Under the pieces are notes generated by a model. The model was given only the letters and a program-made list of their open reading frames with translations, searched no databases and was not told the DNA's origin. Below, in pieces: positions 35,866 to 45,059 of a stretch of DNA of 64,000 bases. The DNA comes from an uncultured Candidatus Saccharibacteria bacterium (GTDB taxonomy: Bacteria; Patescibacteriota; Doudnabacteria; UBA920). The stretch covers positions 222,412-286,411 of the forward strand of contig CAZDIP010000001.1 in assembly GCA_964505635.1 (NCBI GenBank), read 5' to 3'. The first letter of the stretch is position 1, and every line of letters starts with the position of its first letter. A program made the position numbers and the translations under genes.

Positions 35866-36008
35866 CGTTCAAATTTATTAAATCCGGTAAATAATGTCTT
35901 ACCGACAGTTTTTGTAATGCTATTGATTTATTGGCAATAATTTAATAAAATAATACCTGGTTAACAAAAAAAATTTTAGTCTAGTAATGTATTCCTTCAT
36001 GTTCTTTT

Positions 36009-37475
36009 ATGTCTAATGACTCCGTGATTTTACGTTTTTCAAATGTTAGCTTTGAATACGACATCCACAAGCAAACTTTGGACGCCGTAAGTTTTTCTGT
36101 GCGCTCAGGTAGCAAATTCGCGCTTATGGGGCAGAATGGGGCGGGAAAGTCTACGCTCTTTAGCTTAATTACCAAAGAAAAAGCTCCCACCGAAGGGGAA
36201 ATCCACATAACCCCGCGCGACGTAAGCATAGCCATAGCCAGGCAGGTTATGCCGGAAGAAATGAAGGAATTAACAGTCCGCGACTATTTTGCTACTGCTT
36301 TTTCCGAAAAAAGATACAATTTAGACAAGCTAATTGCCGAAATTTTGGAGGTAGTTAACTTAAAAGCTCCTTTGGACAAAATAGTAAAAGCCTTTTCCGG
36401 CGGTCAGCAAGCCAGGCTTTTACTTGCCCACGCGCTCATTCAAAACCCGGACATTTTACTGCTTGACGAACCGACAAACAATTTAGACCAAGCGGGAATA
36501 GAGCATTTAACCGCGTTTTTAATAATGTATGAAAAAACGGTTTTAGTAATTTCCCACGACGCGGACTTTTTAAACGCGTTTACCGACGGGGTTTTGTATT
36601 TAGACGTACATACCCACAAAGTAGAACAATACGCCGGCAATTACTTTGACGTGGTTGAAGAAATAAAAGCCAGGGTAGAACGCGAAAATTTGCAAAACGC
36701 CCGTATGCAGGCGCAAATAAAAGAAAAGCGCGAGCAGGCCGAAGTTTTTGCCCACAAGGGCGGAAAACTTAGAGCGGTTGCAAAAAGAATGCGCGAGTCA
36801 GCCGAAGAAGCGGAAGAAAATATTATTGAGGTCAGACGCGAAGACAAAACCATCCGCGAATTTGAAATCCCAGTTCAGGAATATGACCCGTTCTTTGACG
36901 GAAAAATTCTTACCCTAACTTCGGTAACCGCGTTTGTAGACCACGAACCGGCGGAAAAAGAAATAGAAATGGTTATTAGAAAAAACCAGCATTTGTTAAT
37001 TGAAGGACCAAACGGGATAGGAAAAAGTACTTTTATAAATAACTTAGCAACAGGGCAAGCAAAAGGCGCCACTATCGCCAAAGACATTGTGGTAGGTTAC
37101 TACAGACAGGACTTTTCCGGATTAAACTACGAGCAAACCGCTTTTGACGCACTTTTGGAAGTGATGCAAAAAAAAGACGAGCATTTATTGCGCTCAACCG
37201 CGGCCGGGTTTTTGCTGGACGGCAAACTGTTAGGCCAGCAAATTAAATTTTTGTCTGAAGGACAAAAAGGACTTTTAGCCTTTTGTCAGTTAGTGCTCAT
37301 GAAACCAGGTCTGCTAATTTTAGACGAGCCAACTAACCACATAAATTTCCGCCACTTGCCAATAATTGCCAAAGCGCTTAACAATTACCAAGGCGCTATG
37401 GTAATGGTCAGCCACATCCCTGACTTTGTCAACCAAATACGCATAGACACCAACCTAGACCTAAGCTCGCTGTAA
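36009..37475 (+). CDS. ABC-F family ATPase (two ABC domains, no TM)
   Basis: Two Walker A sites (GQNGAGKST, GPNGIGKST), two signature/Walker B sets, and a charged linker between them. Confidence 0.9.
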   Translation: MSNDSVILRFSNVSFEYDIHKQTLDAVSFSVRSGSKFALMGQNGAGKSTLFSLITKEKAPTEGEIHITPRDVSIAIARQVMPEEMKELTVRDYFATAFSEKRYNLDKLIAEILEVVNLKAPLDKIVKAFSGGQQARLLLAHALIQNPDILLLDEPTNNLDQAGIEHLTAFLIMYEKTVLVISHDADFLNAFTDGVLYLDVHTHKVEQYAGNYFDVVEEIKARVERENLQNARMQAQIKEKREQAEVFAHKGGKLRAVAKRMRESAEEAEENIIEVRREDKTIREFEIPVQEYDPFFDGKILTLTSVTAFVDHEPAEKEIEMVIRKNQHLLIEGPNGIGKSTFINNLATGQAKGATIAKDIVVGYYRQDFSGLNYEQTAFDALLEVMQKKDEHLLRSTAAGFLLDGKLLGQQIKFLSEGQKGLLAFCQLVLMKPGLLILDEPTNHINFRHLPIIAKALNNYQGAMVMVSHIPDFVNQIRIDTNLDLSSL

Positions 37476-37618
37476 ACCCCGCACCACTTTTATCAAATTT
37501 CAGCTACCGTCAAATTTAACATTTGATAAATTTTTGATAGTAAACAGCTCTGTTTAAAAGTGCGAGGGGTAAAGCGGGCTTTTTCGTAGATCCTCCGTAG
37601 CTTTAGCAAAGGAGGATT

Positions 37619-37627
37619 TGTTATACT
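37619..37627 (+). promoter_or_regulatory. Extended -10 box placed for a leaderless transcript
   Basis: TGtTATACT ends 7 nt before the ATG at 37635. Confidence 0.45.
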
Positions 37628-37634
37628 AAATAAT

Positions 37635-38327
37635 ATGAAATACAAAAATGTCTTAGCGGCTCTTGCTATACCTATCGGGCTACTTAGCATGACTTTGCTT
37701 TACTCTTTAATTTGGCGCTTATTTAATTTACCCAAAGAACAGGAGCTGATTCAAATAATCACCGAATTTTTTAACCGCTACGGTCTGTGGGTGGTTTTAA
37801 TATCTAGTATTATTGAAGGCGCGTTAATTGTTGGTAACTATTTCCCCGGAGGGGTTGTTGTATTTTTAGGTGTAATTGCAGCAGGGCATAATATATCAAA
37901 AATAGTTCTAACAGTTGCCGTTGTTGTTATAGGGTTTTTTATTGGCTACCTGCTTGATTATTTTATGGGAAAATACGGATGGTACAAAATGCTGATTAAG
38001 TTTGGTTTGAAAGAGCAACTGGAAAAAGCAAAATTAAAACTTTCCAAACAAAGCTTTAGCGCAATTTTTTTAAGTTATTGGGAACCAAATTTAGGCTCTG
38101 TTACTGCCACTGCCGCGGGTATTTTAAATATTCCTTTGCCAAAATTTCTTTTTCAATCTCTAATTGGTCTGGTTGTGTGGGATGCTTTTTGGGGAACCTT
38201 AGTCGCGTCTTTAGGAAAGCAAGCACTAAATTTAGTTACCAATTTATCCTATATTATCCCAATCGTGGCAATTTGGATACTTTTAATTTTAGTAAAGCAG
38301 CGTTTTTTTAAAAAAGTTGACACTTAG
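37635..38327 (+). CDS. DedA/SNARE-associated family membrane protein
   Basis: Multi-TM with an IIEGALIVGNYFPGG segment typical of DedA. Confidence 0.6.
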   Translation: MKYKNVLAALAIPIGLLSMTLLYSLIWRLFNLPKEQELIQIITEFFNRYGLWVVLISSIIEGALIVGNYFPGGVVVFLGVIAAGHNISKIVLTVAVVVIGFFIGYLLDYFMGKYGWYKMLIKFGLKEQLEKAKLKLSKQSFSAIFLSYWEPNLGSVTATAAGILNIPLPKFLFQSLIGLVVWDAFWGTLVASLGKQALNLVTNLSYIIPIVAIWILLILVKQRFFKKVDT

Positions 38328-38384
38328 TGTACATTCGTTTACTCTAATATTAAGAATGTATTTTTAATTCTTTTCATTATTACT

Positions 38385-39521
38385 ATGCAGCCGCTTGCCA
38401 ATAAAATCCGTCCCACATCACTGGATACTTACATTGGCCAGGAACATTTAGTGGGGGGAGGGAAACCTTTAAAGCTTGCTATAGAAAACAAGCATCTTTT
38501 TTCATTTATTTTGTGGGGACCTCCGGGGGTAGGTAAGACCACTTTGGCTAGAATATATGCTAAGGCGGTTAATGCGGAGTATCACGAACTTTCTGCGGTT
38601 TCAGCGGGCAAAGATGATATTAGAAAAATTGTGGAAAAACCGCCTATGCTGAGTCAGCCAAAGATTTTGTTTTTAGACGAAATCCACCGCTTCAACAAAG
38701 CCCAGCAGGATTTTTTACTACCCTTTGTGGAAAAAGGGGACTTGTATTTAATTGGCGCGACCACTGAAAACCCAAGCTTCGAAGTTATTCCGGCTCTGCT
38801 TTCCCGTTGCCGTGTGTTTGTGTTAAATGAGCTAAATGATGAAGAAATAAAAAAAGTCATAGAGTCCGCAAATCTAAAGATTAATAAACAATCAAAGGAA
38901 TGGCTTATTGCCATGGCAAATGGCGACGCCCGTCAGGCGCTGACAGTTATTGATAATTGCCAAGAGCTGTACGGCGAAATAAATTTAGACAATTTAAAAA
39001 ATACCCTTCAGTCTAAATTTCTGCGCTACGACAAGGCCGGGGAAGAACACCATAATACCATTAGCGCGTTTATAAAATCTATGCGCGCCAGCCAACCCGA
39101 CGCGGCGCTTTACTATTTGGCTCGTATGGTAGAGGCGGGGGAAGACCCTTTGTTTATAGCCAGGCGTATGGTGGTGTTTGCCTCAGAAGATATAGGCCTT
39201 ATTCAGCCAACGGCTTTGGTAGTGGCTAATGCGGTATTTGAAGCGTGTCAAAAAATTGGCTATCCCGAGTGCGCCATAAATTTAGCTCACGGCGCAGCCT
39301 ACCTGGCAAGCTGTAAAAAAGACCGCTCCAGTTACGAGGCTTATTTAAAAGCCTTAGATGATGTTAAACAATACGGCAACTTACCGGTACCTCTAAACAT
39401 AAGAAACGCGCCCACCAAGCTTATGAAGGAATTAGGTTATGGCAAGGGCTATGAAAAATACCCCGAAAACAATAATTATCTCCCCGAAAAACTTAAAGGG
39501 GAAAAATATTTAAAACCTTAA
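38385..39521 (+). CDS. rarA: Replication-associated recombination protein A (AAA+, MgsA/RarA), short form
   Basis: [19 protein letters not shown] start, Walker [21 protein letters not shown]-terminal MgsA domain ([13 protein letters not shown]). Confidence 0.9.
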   Translation: MQPLANKIRPTSLDTYIGQEHLVGGGKPLKLAIENKHLFSFILWGPPGVGKTTLARIYAKAVNAEYHELSAVSAGKDDIRKIVEKPPMLSQPKILFLDEIHRFNKAQQDFLLPFVEKGDLYLIGATTENPSFEVIPALLSRCRVFVLNELNDEEIKKVIESANLKINKQSKEWLIAMANGDARQALTVIDNCQELYGEINLDNLKNTLQSKFLRYDKAGEEHHNTISAFIKSMRASQPDAALYYLARMVEAGEDPLFIARRMVVFASEDIGLIQPTALVVANAVFEACQKIGYPECAINLAHGAAYLASCKKDRSSYEAYLKALDDVKQYGNLPVPLNIRNAPTKLMKELGYGKGYEKYPENNNYLPEKLKGEKYLKP

Positions 39522-39527
39522 GCTTAA

Positions 39528-39563
39528 TTCGACTGGACAATTCGCGCGAATTGTCCAGTCGAA
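39528..39563. repeat. Perfect 36-bp palindrome
   Basis: TTCGACTGGACAATTCGC|GCGAATTGTCCAGTCGAA, starting 7 nt after the rarA stop. Confidence 0.9.
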
Positions 39564-39576
39564 AATCCATAAAATT

Positions 39577-39616
39577 AAAACGCCCGATTTATACTCTAGA
39601 CATAACGGGCGTTTTA
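39577..39616. terminator. Terminator-like hairpin (large loop)
   Basis: AAAACGCCCG / CGGGCGTTTT 10-bp stem with a 19-nt loop and A/T runs on both sides. Confidence 0.5.
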
Positions 39617-39636
39617 ATCAGGTTTACTCTGGATTC

Positions 39637-39664
39637 CGGCCTTCCGCCGGTTGGCGGAAGGCCG
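39637..39664. repeat. GC-rich 12-bp hairpin
   Basis: CGGCCTTCCGCC-GGTT-GGCGGAAGGCCG. Confidence 0.8.
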
Positions 39665-39815
39665 CGGGATGACATGTTGGCCTTGAATTACGAAACTCAA
39701 TATTGTTCGACTTTCCGCCAAAGGCGGACAGGTAAGGAGAATGATATCGAGTAATTAAGCCAAAATTTTAGATTCTCCACAAGTTCGAAAACTAAAATTT
39801 TTCTGTTTCGTGTAT

Positions 39816-41306
39816 TTAACCCCTAGGCTGACTTAAAGGCATTGGCTGGCCCGGGTCTATAACAGAGGGTTCTTTAATTAATTCTTTAATTAAAGGTACA
39901 ACAACCGAGGAGCGGTAAGAAGGAAAGTCAGTAGGTGCATCTAAAATAGGGAAGACTAAAGCCGGCACTAAAATTTCATAGCCCTCTTTACCCGGTTCAT
40001 TTTTCCACATTTTCATTAACTCTCTTTTGGGCGTGCCTAGTTTTAGTGTCGTCCCAGGCGCGGAATTTTCGTAATACGGGTAATAAATATTATTGCCGCC
40101 GGCTTCCGCGATTTTTAGAATTCTTTCCCAGTTAGTTTCAGCCGGATATTCGGAAGATTCGTAAACCTGGTTATAAAGTTCGTAAACCCCGGAAACTTTT
40201 TTTACTCTGGCATTTACGCTCACCATAAGCCCGCTTATGTTGCCTGACTGGTCGTAAGCGGTTTGGCCGTTTATAACAACCGGGTAAATAACCGTTAAGA
40301 CATCGGGTATCCAGGCTACAGATTTGTCCGGCGCAATTTGGTAATCCCTAAACCACTGTTTTTGCACCACAGATTTGCCGTAACCGCTTTTGTTAATGCC
40401 GTATTGGCTTAAGAAGCCATCGGCAATCGCAATTGTTTCTTCGTCGGAAGGTAGCTCGGAAATATTCAGTCGGTAGCGGTTATAGCAAGCTTCGTCCTGG
40501 CACATTCTGTCCGGTGTCTGCCATCTAAACCAATTTTCGTTTATATTAACACTACCTTCCTTAAAATTGAGGTTAACCATATACCCGAAATCCCTGTCCT
40601 CGGTTAAAGTCAGCATTTCTATATAAGGATTTTGCAAATTTTTAAGGTTAAATGCCGGTACAGAAAAATTCTTTACTATAGAAGCTAAATTTGGGTTTGA
40701 ACCAAAACCTTTTACGCGGCGCATAACTGCCAAATTCTCGTCCTCAAGTTCAACTTTTTCGCCCGCGTACGCAAATTTAAAATTATCGTACACCGGCAAA
40801 ATAGACATATCACCCCCGCCGCCGCTTTGCGGTCTGGCCTTTAAAGCTCCGTCAGATACGGCCGCTGTATTTTGCGCAAAACCGCCTCCGCCTCCTACGC
40901 CCCCTCCGCCCAGACCTTCACGCCCTCCGCCCGGGACTAATTCAGCCAATGAACCAAAAGCTAAAGGTTGTAATTTTGCACCTTTCTCTGCCGCGTACTC
41001 ATAACCGATATTTTTATTTTGTAAGTAGTTTACCCCGGCAATAACCGCTATAGCCAGTACGGCAAAAGCCGGTACTAAAAATTTAAAGCTAAAACGGCTG
41101 GTATTTGCCGCCCTTTCGCCAGAAAGCTGTTCGGCTTTAAGTAAAATTTTCCTGCGCAGAATTTCCGCGAAAATTGGGTCAAACTTTGTATCAGGTGCGC
41201 TTTTAAGCATTTGGCTTAACAGATCTTTTAATTCATTTTCATGTTTCATAAATTCAGAATCGTAATTATACAATTCCTGTAAGATTTGATTAACTTTCTC
41301 GTTCAT
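39816..41306 (-). CDS. Putative anti-sigma factor-like membrane protein with Gly-rich linker and large extracytoplasmic domain
   Basis: Lies downstream of the ECF sigma gene. One TM helix near residue 75 and a GGGREGLGGGGVGGGGG tract. No catalytic motif. Confidence 0.4.
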   Translation of the reverse strand: MNEKVNQILQELYNYDSEFMKHENELKDLLSQMLKSAPDTKFDPIFAEILRRKILLKAEQLSGERAANTSRFSFKFLVPAFAVLAIAVIAGVNYLQNKNIGYEYAAEKGAKLQPLAFGSLAELVPGGGREGLGGGGVGGGGGFAQNTAAVSDGALKARPQSGGGGDMSILPVYDNFKFAYAGEKVELEDENLAVMRRVKGFGSNPNLASIVKNFSVPAFNLKNLQNPYIEMLTLTEDRDFGYMVNLNFKEGSVNINENWFRWQTPDRMCQDEACYNRYRLNISELPSDEETIAIADGFLSQYGINKSGYGKSVVQKQWFRDYQIAPDKSVAWIPDVLTVIYPVVINGQTAYDQSGNISGLMVSVNARVKKVSGVYELYNQVYESSEYPAETNWERILKIAEAGGNNIYYPYYENSAPGTTLKLGTPKRELMKMWKNEPGKEGYEILVPALVFPILDAPTDFPSYRSSVVVPLIKELIKEPSVIDPGQPMPLSQPRG

Positions 41307-41443
41307 AAAATTATTTAGTTATTTTGAATTATAAAACCTATGACTTCTTGATTTTAACCACTCCGAACGGAGTGAGGAGTCTCTTGCAAAAGCAATTCTT
41401 CGCTTCGCTCTGAATGGTTTTATGATTCAATTTAAATTAATAT

Positions 41444-42010
41444 TTAGGTTATCGGTTTTACTAGCAACAAATAAAGTAAAGCCATGGGCACTTTAGACTG
41501 TAAAAATTTTAAACTTCGACCAAACTGCATTTTACTCGCCGCTTCGCTCTTGCCCAAAATTTCGGCAATTTCCTTAAAGCTTAAGCCGTCCCACACACGC
41601 ATTATAATTAAATCCCTTTGTTCGCTGTCTAACGTGTCGAGCAATTTTTGCACCTTTTCCATTTCCATTTTAATACCAACCTCTTTGGAAATATTTTGGG
41701 AAGACGGATGACCTAACGCATCATCAATAGGGGATTGGTCCTTATTGGAGCGAAAATGATCAAATAGGGTGTTTCTGGCAATGGTGTAAAGCCAGGTGTT
41801 AAAAGCGCTTTTTTTTGGATTATAGCTTTGAATTCTTTCCAAAGCCTTCATAAACACCACGCTTGTTAAGTCTTCGACGGTTTGCTTATGCTGGGTGCGA
41901 TAATAAAGAAAGTCATAAATTTTCTTTACATAAGCGTCATAAATAACCTCAAATTGCCCTAACTGCCCCTTTTGGCAGCTAATAATTGCCTCATTTATAC
42001 TGGAATTCAT
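41444..42010 (-). CDS. ECF-type RNA polymerase sigma-70 family factor
   Basis: Region 2 (FNTWLYTIARNTLFDHFR) and region 4 HTH (LSFKEIAEILGKSEAASKMQ). Confidence 0.85.
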   Translation of the reverse strand: MNSSINEAIISCQKGQLGQFEVIYDAYVKKIYDFLYYRTQHKQTVEDLTSVVFMKALERIQSYNPKKSAFNTWLYTIARNTLFDHFRSNKDQSPIDDALGHPSSQNISKEVGIKMEMEKVQKLLDTLDSEQRDLIIMRVWDGLSFKEIAEILGKSEAASKMQFGRSLKFLQSKVPMALLYLLLVKPIT

Positions 42011-42126
42011 ATTTTTTTAGACTTATAATCTTGCAAGTATTATAGCTCATTTTCTTGTGTTAACAGTAATTTATACGCTAAAATTAGTAAAAAGTAACAT
42101 TTTTATTAGCATCCGTTTAGAGCCAT

Positions 42127-42600
42127 ATGAATGAGGTTTTAAAATTTCTTGCCATAAATAAAATTAGCTACAAGCTTTTTGAACACCAAGCGGTATTCAC
42201 CAATGAAGAATCGGGTAAAATAAATATTCCAGAAGTTAAAGACAATGCCAAAAACTTATTTTTACGCAACAACAATAAAACCCAATATTATCTGGTAACC
42301 TTAAGGCACAATAAGCGCGCGGACTTAAAAAATTTTGCCTTAAAATTGGGCGAGAAAAAATTAAGTTTTGGCTCGCCCGAGGACTTAAGAAACATTTTAG
42401 GCCTTACTCCCGGCTCGGTTTCCCCTTTTGGGCTTTTAAATGATCGGAAAAAGCGCGTTAAATTTTATTTTGATAAAGACTTTTTTGAAAAAGAAAAAAT
42501 TTGCGTACATCCTAACATAAACACCGGGACTATTATACTTAATATAGCTGATTTTAATAAAATAATTGAGATTTTGGGATATGAGATTTATGAATTTTAA
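42127..42600 (+). CDS. YbaK/ProX-family aminoacyl-tRNA deacylase domain protein
   Basis: 157 aa. NLFLRNNN..YYLVTL and GSVSPFGL segments are typical of YbaK/EbsC. Confidence 0.65.
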   Translation: MNEVLKFLAINKISYKLFEHQAVFTNEESGKINIPEVKDNAKNLFLRNNNKTQYYLVTLRHNKRADLKNFALKLGEKKLSFGSPEDLRNILGLTPGSVSPFGLLNDRKKRVKFYFDKDFFEKEKICVHPNINTGTIILNIADFNKIIEILGYEIYEF

Positions 42601-43618
42601 AAATAAAAAAATTTTGTTTAGTCTGCTTGCGAGCTTACTTTTAGCCGCTTCCTGCGCAAATGATAGTGAACCGGTTAATAAGGAAAACCTGGAAATAAAA
42701 TCGGATATTTTAGAGACCAAACAGGAACAGTTAAAAACTGTTAATATGGTTTCTCTGGAATTTTTAATGTCAAAAACCTTTGACGGCAGGGATTTAACTT
42801 TGGGCGAAGTTTTAAGCGACAATCAATATTACACCCGCTATTATATAACTTACAAAAGCGGGGAGCTGACCATTTCCGGCATAATGAATGTGCCAAAAGG
42901 CACGCCTCCAAAAGGAGGCTGGCCAATTTTGTTTTTAAACCACGGGCATATAGATACAAAAATCTACACAAACGGTCGCGGCCTTAAGCGCGAGCAGGAC
43001 TATTTGGCAAAACAAGGGTTTGCGGTACTTCACAGCGACTACAGAAACCACGCCCAAAGCGACAAAGACCCTAACGAAGAATACAACTTTAGGCTTGGCT
43101 ATACCGAAGACGTAATTAACGCGGTTTTGGCGGTTAAAAACAGCACCCTAGAAAACATCAACAAAGAAAAAATCGGGATGCTCGGCCATAGCATGGGTGG
43201 AGGGATAACTCAAAATATTTTAGTAACAAAACCCGGCTTAATAAAAGCCGCCGTACTTTACGCGCCGGTTAGCGGCAAAGCGGCCGACAGTTTCGAGCGC
43301 TGGACAGTAAAAAGGCCGGAAATTGCCCAAACCATAAAAGAAAAATATGAGGCACCGGAGGAAAACCCCGAATTTTGGGAAAAAATTTCCGCCGAAACTT
43401 ATTTTAAAAATATAACCGAACCTATGTTATATTTTCACGGAACTTCCGACAAAGACGTACCCATTGAATGGAGCCAAAAAACGGTTAGTTTGCTGGAGTC
43501 TTTGAAAAAAAATGTTAAGCTGGTAAAATATCAAAATCAGCCCCACGAATTTACCCCGCCAACTTGGAATGATTTTATGGAAAAAACTGCTAATTTTTTT
43601 AAAAATAATTTAAACTAA
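42590..43618 (+). CDS. Lipoprotein alpha/beta hydrolase (S9/dienelactone-hydrolase-like)
   Basis: Lipobox LLAASC, nucleophile elbow GHSMGG, late D and H residues. ATG at 42590 is preferred over the track TTG at 42566. Confidence 0.7.
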   Translation: MNFKNKKILFSLLASLLLAASCANDSEPVNKENLEIKSDILETKQEQLKTVNMVSLEFLMSKTFDGRDLTLGEVLSDNQYYTRYYITYKSGELTISGIMNVPKGTPPKGGWPILFLNHGHIDTKIYTNGRGLKREQDYLAKQGFAVLHSDYRNHAQSDKDPNEEYNFRLGYTEDVINAVLAVKNSTLENINKEKIGMLGHSMGGGITQNILVTKPGLIKAAVLYAPVSGKAADSFERWTVKRPEIAQTIKEKYEAPEENPEFWEKISAETYFKNITEPMLYFHGTSDKDVPIEWSQKTVSLLESLKKNVKLVKYQNQPHEFTPPTWNDFMEKTANFFKNNLN

Positions 43619-43634
43619 TTCTTAAACCAATATT

Positions 43635-45050
43635 ATGGAAATGGAAAACCAAGTATTAATTAATAAACCATCTAAGTTATGGCTGCTAGCGTTATTACTG
43701 CCCGCTCTGGCTATATATTTTATTTTTTACTCAAACTCAAACAAACCTTTGGGATATTTAAGCAGCGACATAAAGCTTAATGCCTACATTAAGTCAGGAA
43801 AATTAGCCGGCGTAGCGGCAACTATACCTTTCATAAAATCGGCCAGCGAAAATTACTACTTAAGCTTGGCAGTAGACTTAAGCCGAAACGACAAATTTTC
43901 GCCTGAAGAATGGGTGATAAAAAATATCCCCGTAAAACCTCAGAAAGATTGGTTTTCCAACCTGGCTTTTAAAACCAACGCTGAGCTAAAAAGCCCTCAA
44001 AAAGTCAGGGTGGTTTTAAGTAAAAAGCTAATTTCCGACAATTCCTATAACGAATTTATAAAGGGAGATGACGCGGTGGAAACAAATGTCTCGATGACTG
44101 AGCAACCACTTGATGAAATTTTTGGCAGTGAAAATACAAACTTGCCGGAAGAGTCAATGAAACAGGGGACAGGGGATTTAAGCCCCCAAAATGCCCAGTC
44201 GGCATTAAGTTCGGTGCCGGATTTTAGGCAAAGACCGGCTGAATGCGCGCCAACTGTGGCGGCAAACGGCCTTTACAGCCTGGCTTTTAAGAACGGCGCG
44301 GCAGACAAGCTACCCCAAAACCCCCAGGACATGATAGACGGGCTGAAAGAGGACTTAAAGTGGACTTTTAAAAACGGGGTTTTGCCGGACGATTTTGTAG
44401 CCGGCAAAAACAAATACGCTGTAACCCACGGCCTGCCCATTAAGACTGAAAAAATTGGCGACAAAGATGGCCGGGGGACTTTGGAGGACATAAAAAAGGC
44501 TTTACAAAACCAGGCGGCCGTGGAAATGCGCATAAGATTCGCGGACGAAAATTTAAAAGCTGTCGGCGGCCATATAGTTTCCATAGTCTCAGTCAGGGAA
44601 GTAAACAGGAACACTTTTATTGACATCCACGACCCGGCCAGTCCCACAGGCACGGATACTTACGAAGTTTCGGCCAATGAAATTTTAAATTACCCATACC
44701 ACGACGGAAGTACGGTTATAGGCTGGGGCTTTTCCCAAGTATGGGAAGGCGCGCCTATGGGCGGGCAGTTAGAGCCAATGACAGAAGCAGAATTGCGCGC
44801 GATACGCGAATTTGCCGGAGAGAAAAAAACCATTAAGGCGCTTAACGTAAACGGCAAATATATCCCTTTAACCGAGGTAAGGATAGGCAAGGGCGAACAC
44901 TGCGACGGGCCAAAAGAGCAGTATCCTCACTGGCACTCTACAAACGGGATCGGCGTGACTGCCACTGACGGTACCAAACTGCCTGACAACGACGGCTGCG
45001 GCTATGGTAAAGAAAAGGACGTGCCGGTGGTAGACGTACAAGTCCCTTAA
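43635..45050 (+). CDS. Hypothetical membrane-anchored/secreted protein, possible papain-like cysteine peptidase
   Basis: N-terminal TM helix. QRPAECAPT (Gln then Cys) followed later by GGHIVSI and IHDPA. Weak, motif-level evidence only. Confidence 0.3.
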   Translation: MEMENQVLINKPSKLWLLALLLPALAIYFIFYSNSNKPLGYLSSDIKLNAYIKSGKLAGVAATIPFIKSASENYYLSLAVDLSRNDKFSPEEWVIKNIPVKPQKDWFSNLAFKTNAELKSPQKVRVVLSKKLISDNSYNEFIKGDDAVETNVSMTEQPLDEIFGSENTNLPEESMKQGTGDLSPQNAQSALSSVPDFRQRPAECAPTVAANGLYSLAFKNGAADKLPQNPQDMIDGLKEDLKWTFKNGVLPDDFVAGKNKYAVTHGLPIKTEKIGDKDGRGTLEDIKKALQNQAAVEMRIRFADENLKAVGGHIVSIVSVREVNRNTFIDIHDPASPTGTDTYEVSANEILNYPYHDGSTVIGWGFSQVWEGAPMGGQLEPMTEAELRAIREFAGEKKTIKALNVNGKYIPLTEVRIGKGEHCDGPKEQYPHWHSTNGIGVTATDGTKLPDNDGCGYGKEKDVPVVDVQVP

Positions 45051-45059
45051 AGTCCAGTT

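Noticed and set aside
39551-39754. 67-aa plus-strand ORF.
   Set aside because: It is composed of the hairpin and palindrome sequences of the spacer, with no RBS.
39620-39760. SRP RNA or RNase P RNA in the rarA downstream spacer (GGCGGAAGG..., GGAAAGTCG on the minus strand).
   Set aside because: The hairpin has a GGTT loop rather than a GNRA tetraloop and has no symmetric or asymmetric internal loops. The RNase P P4 partners (GGAAAGTCCGG / CCGGCTTA) are absent. The region is too short for RNase P.
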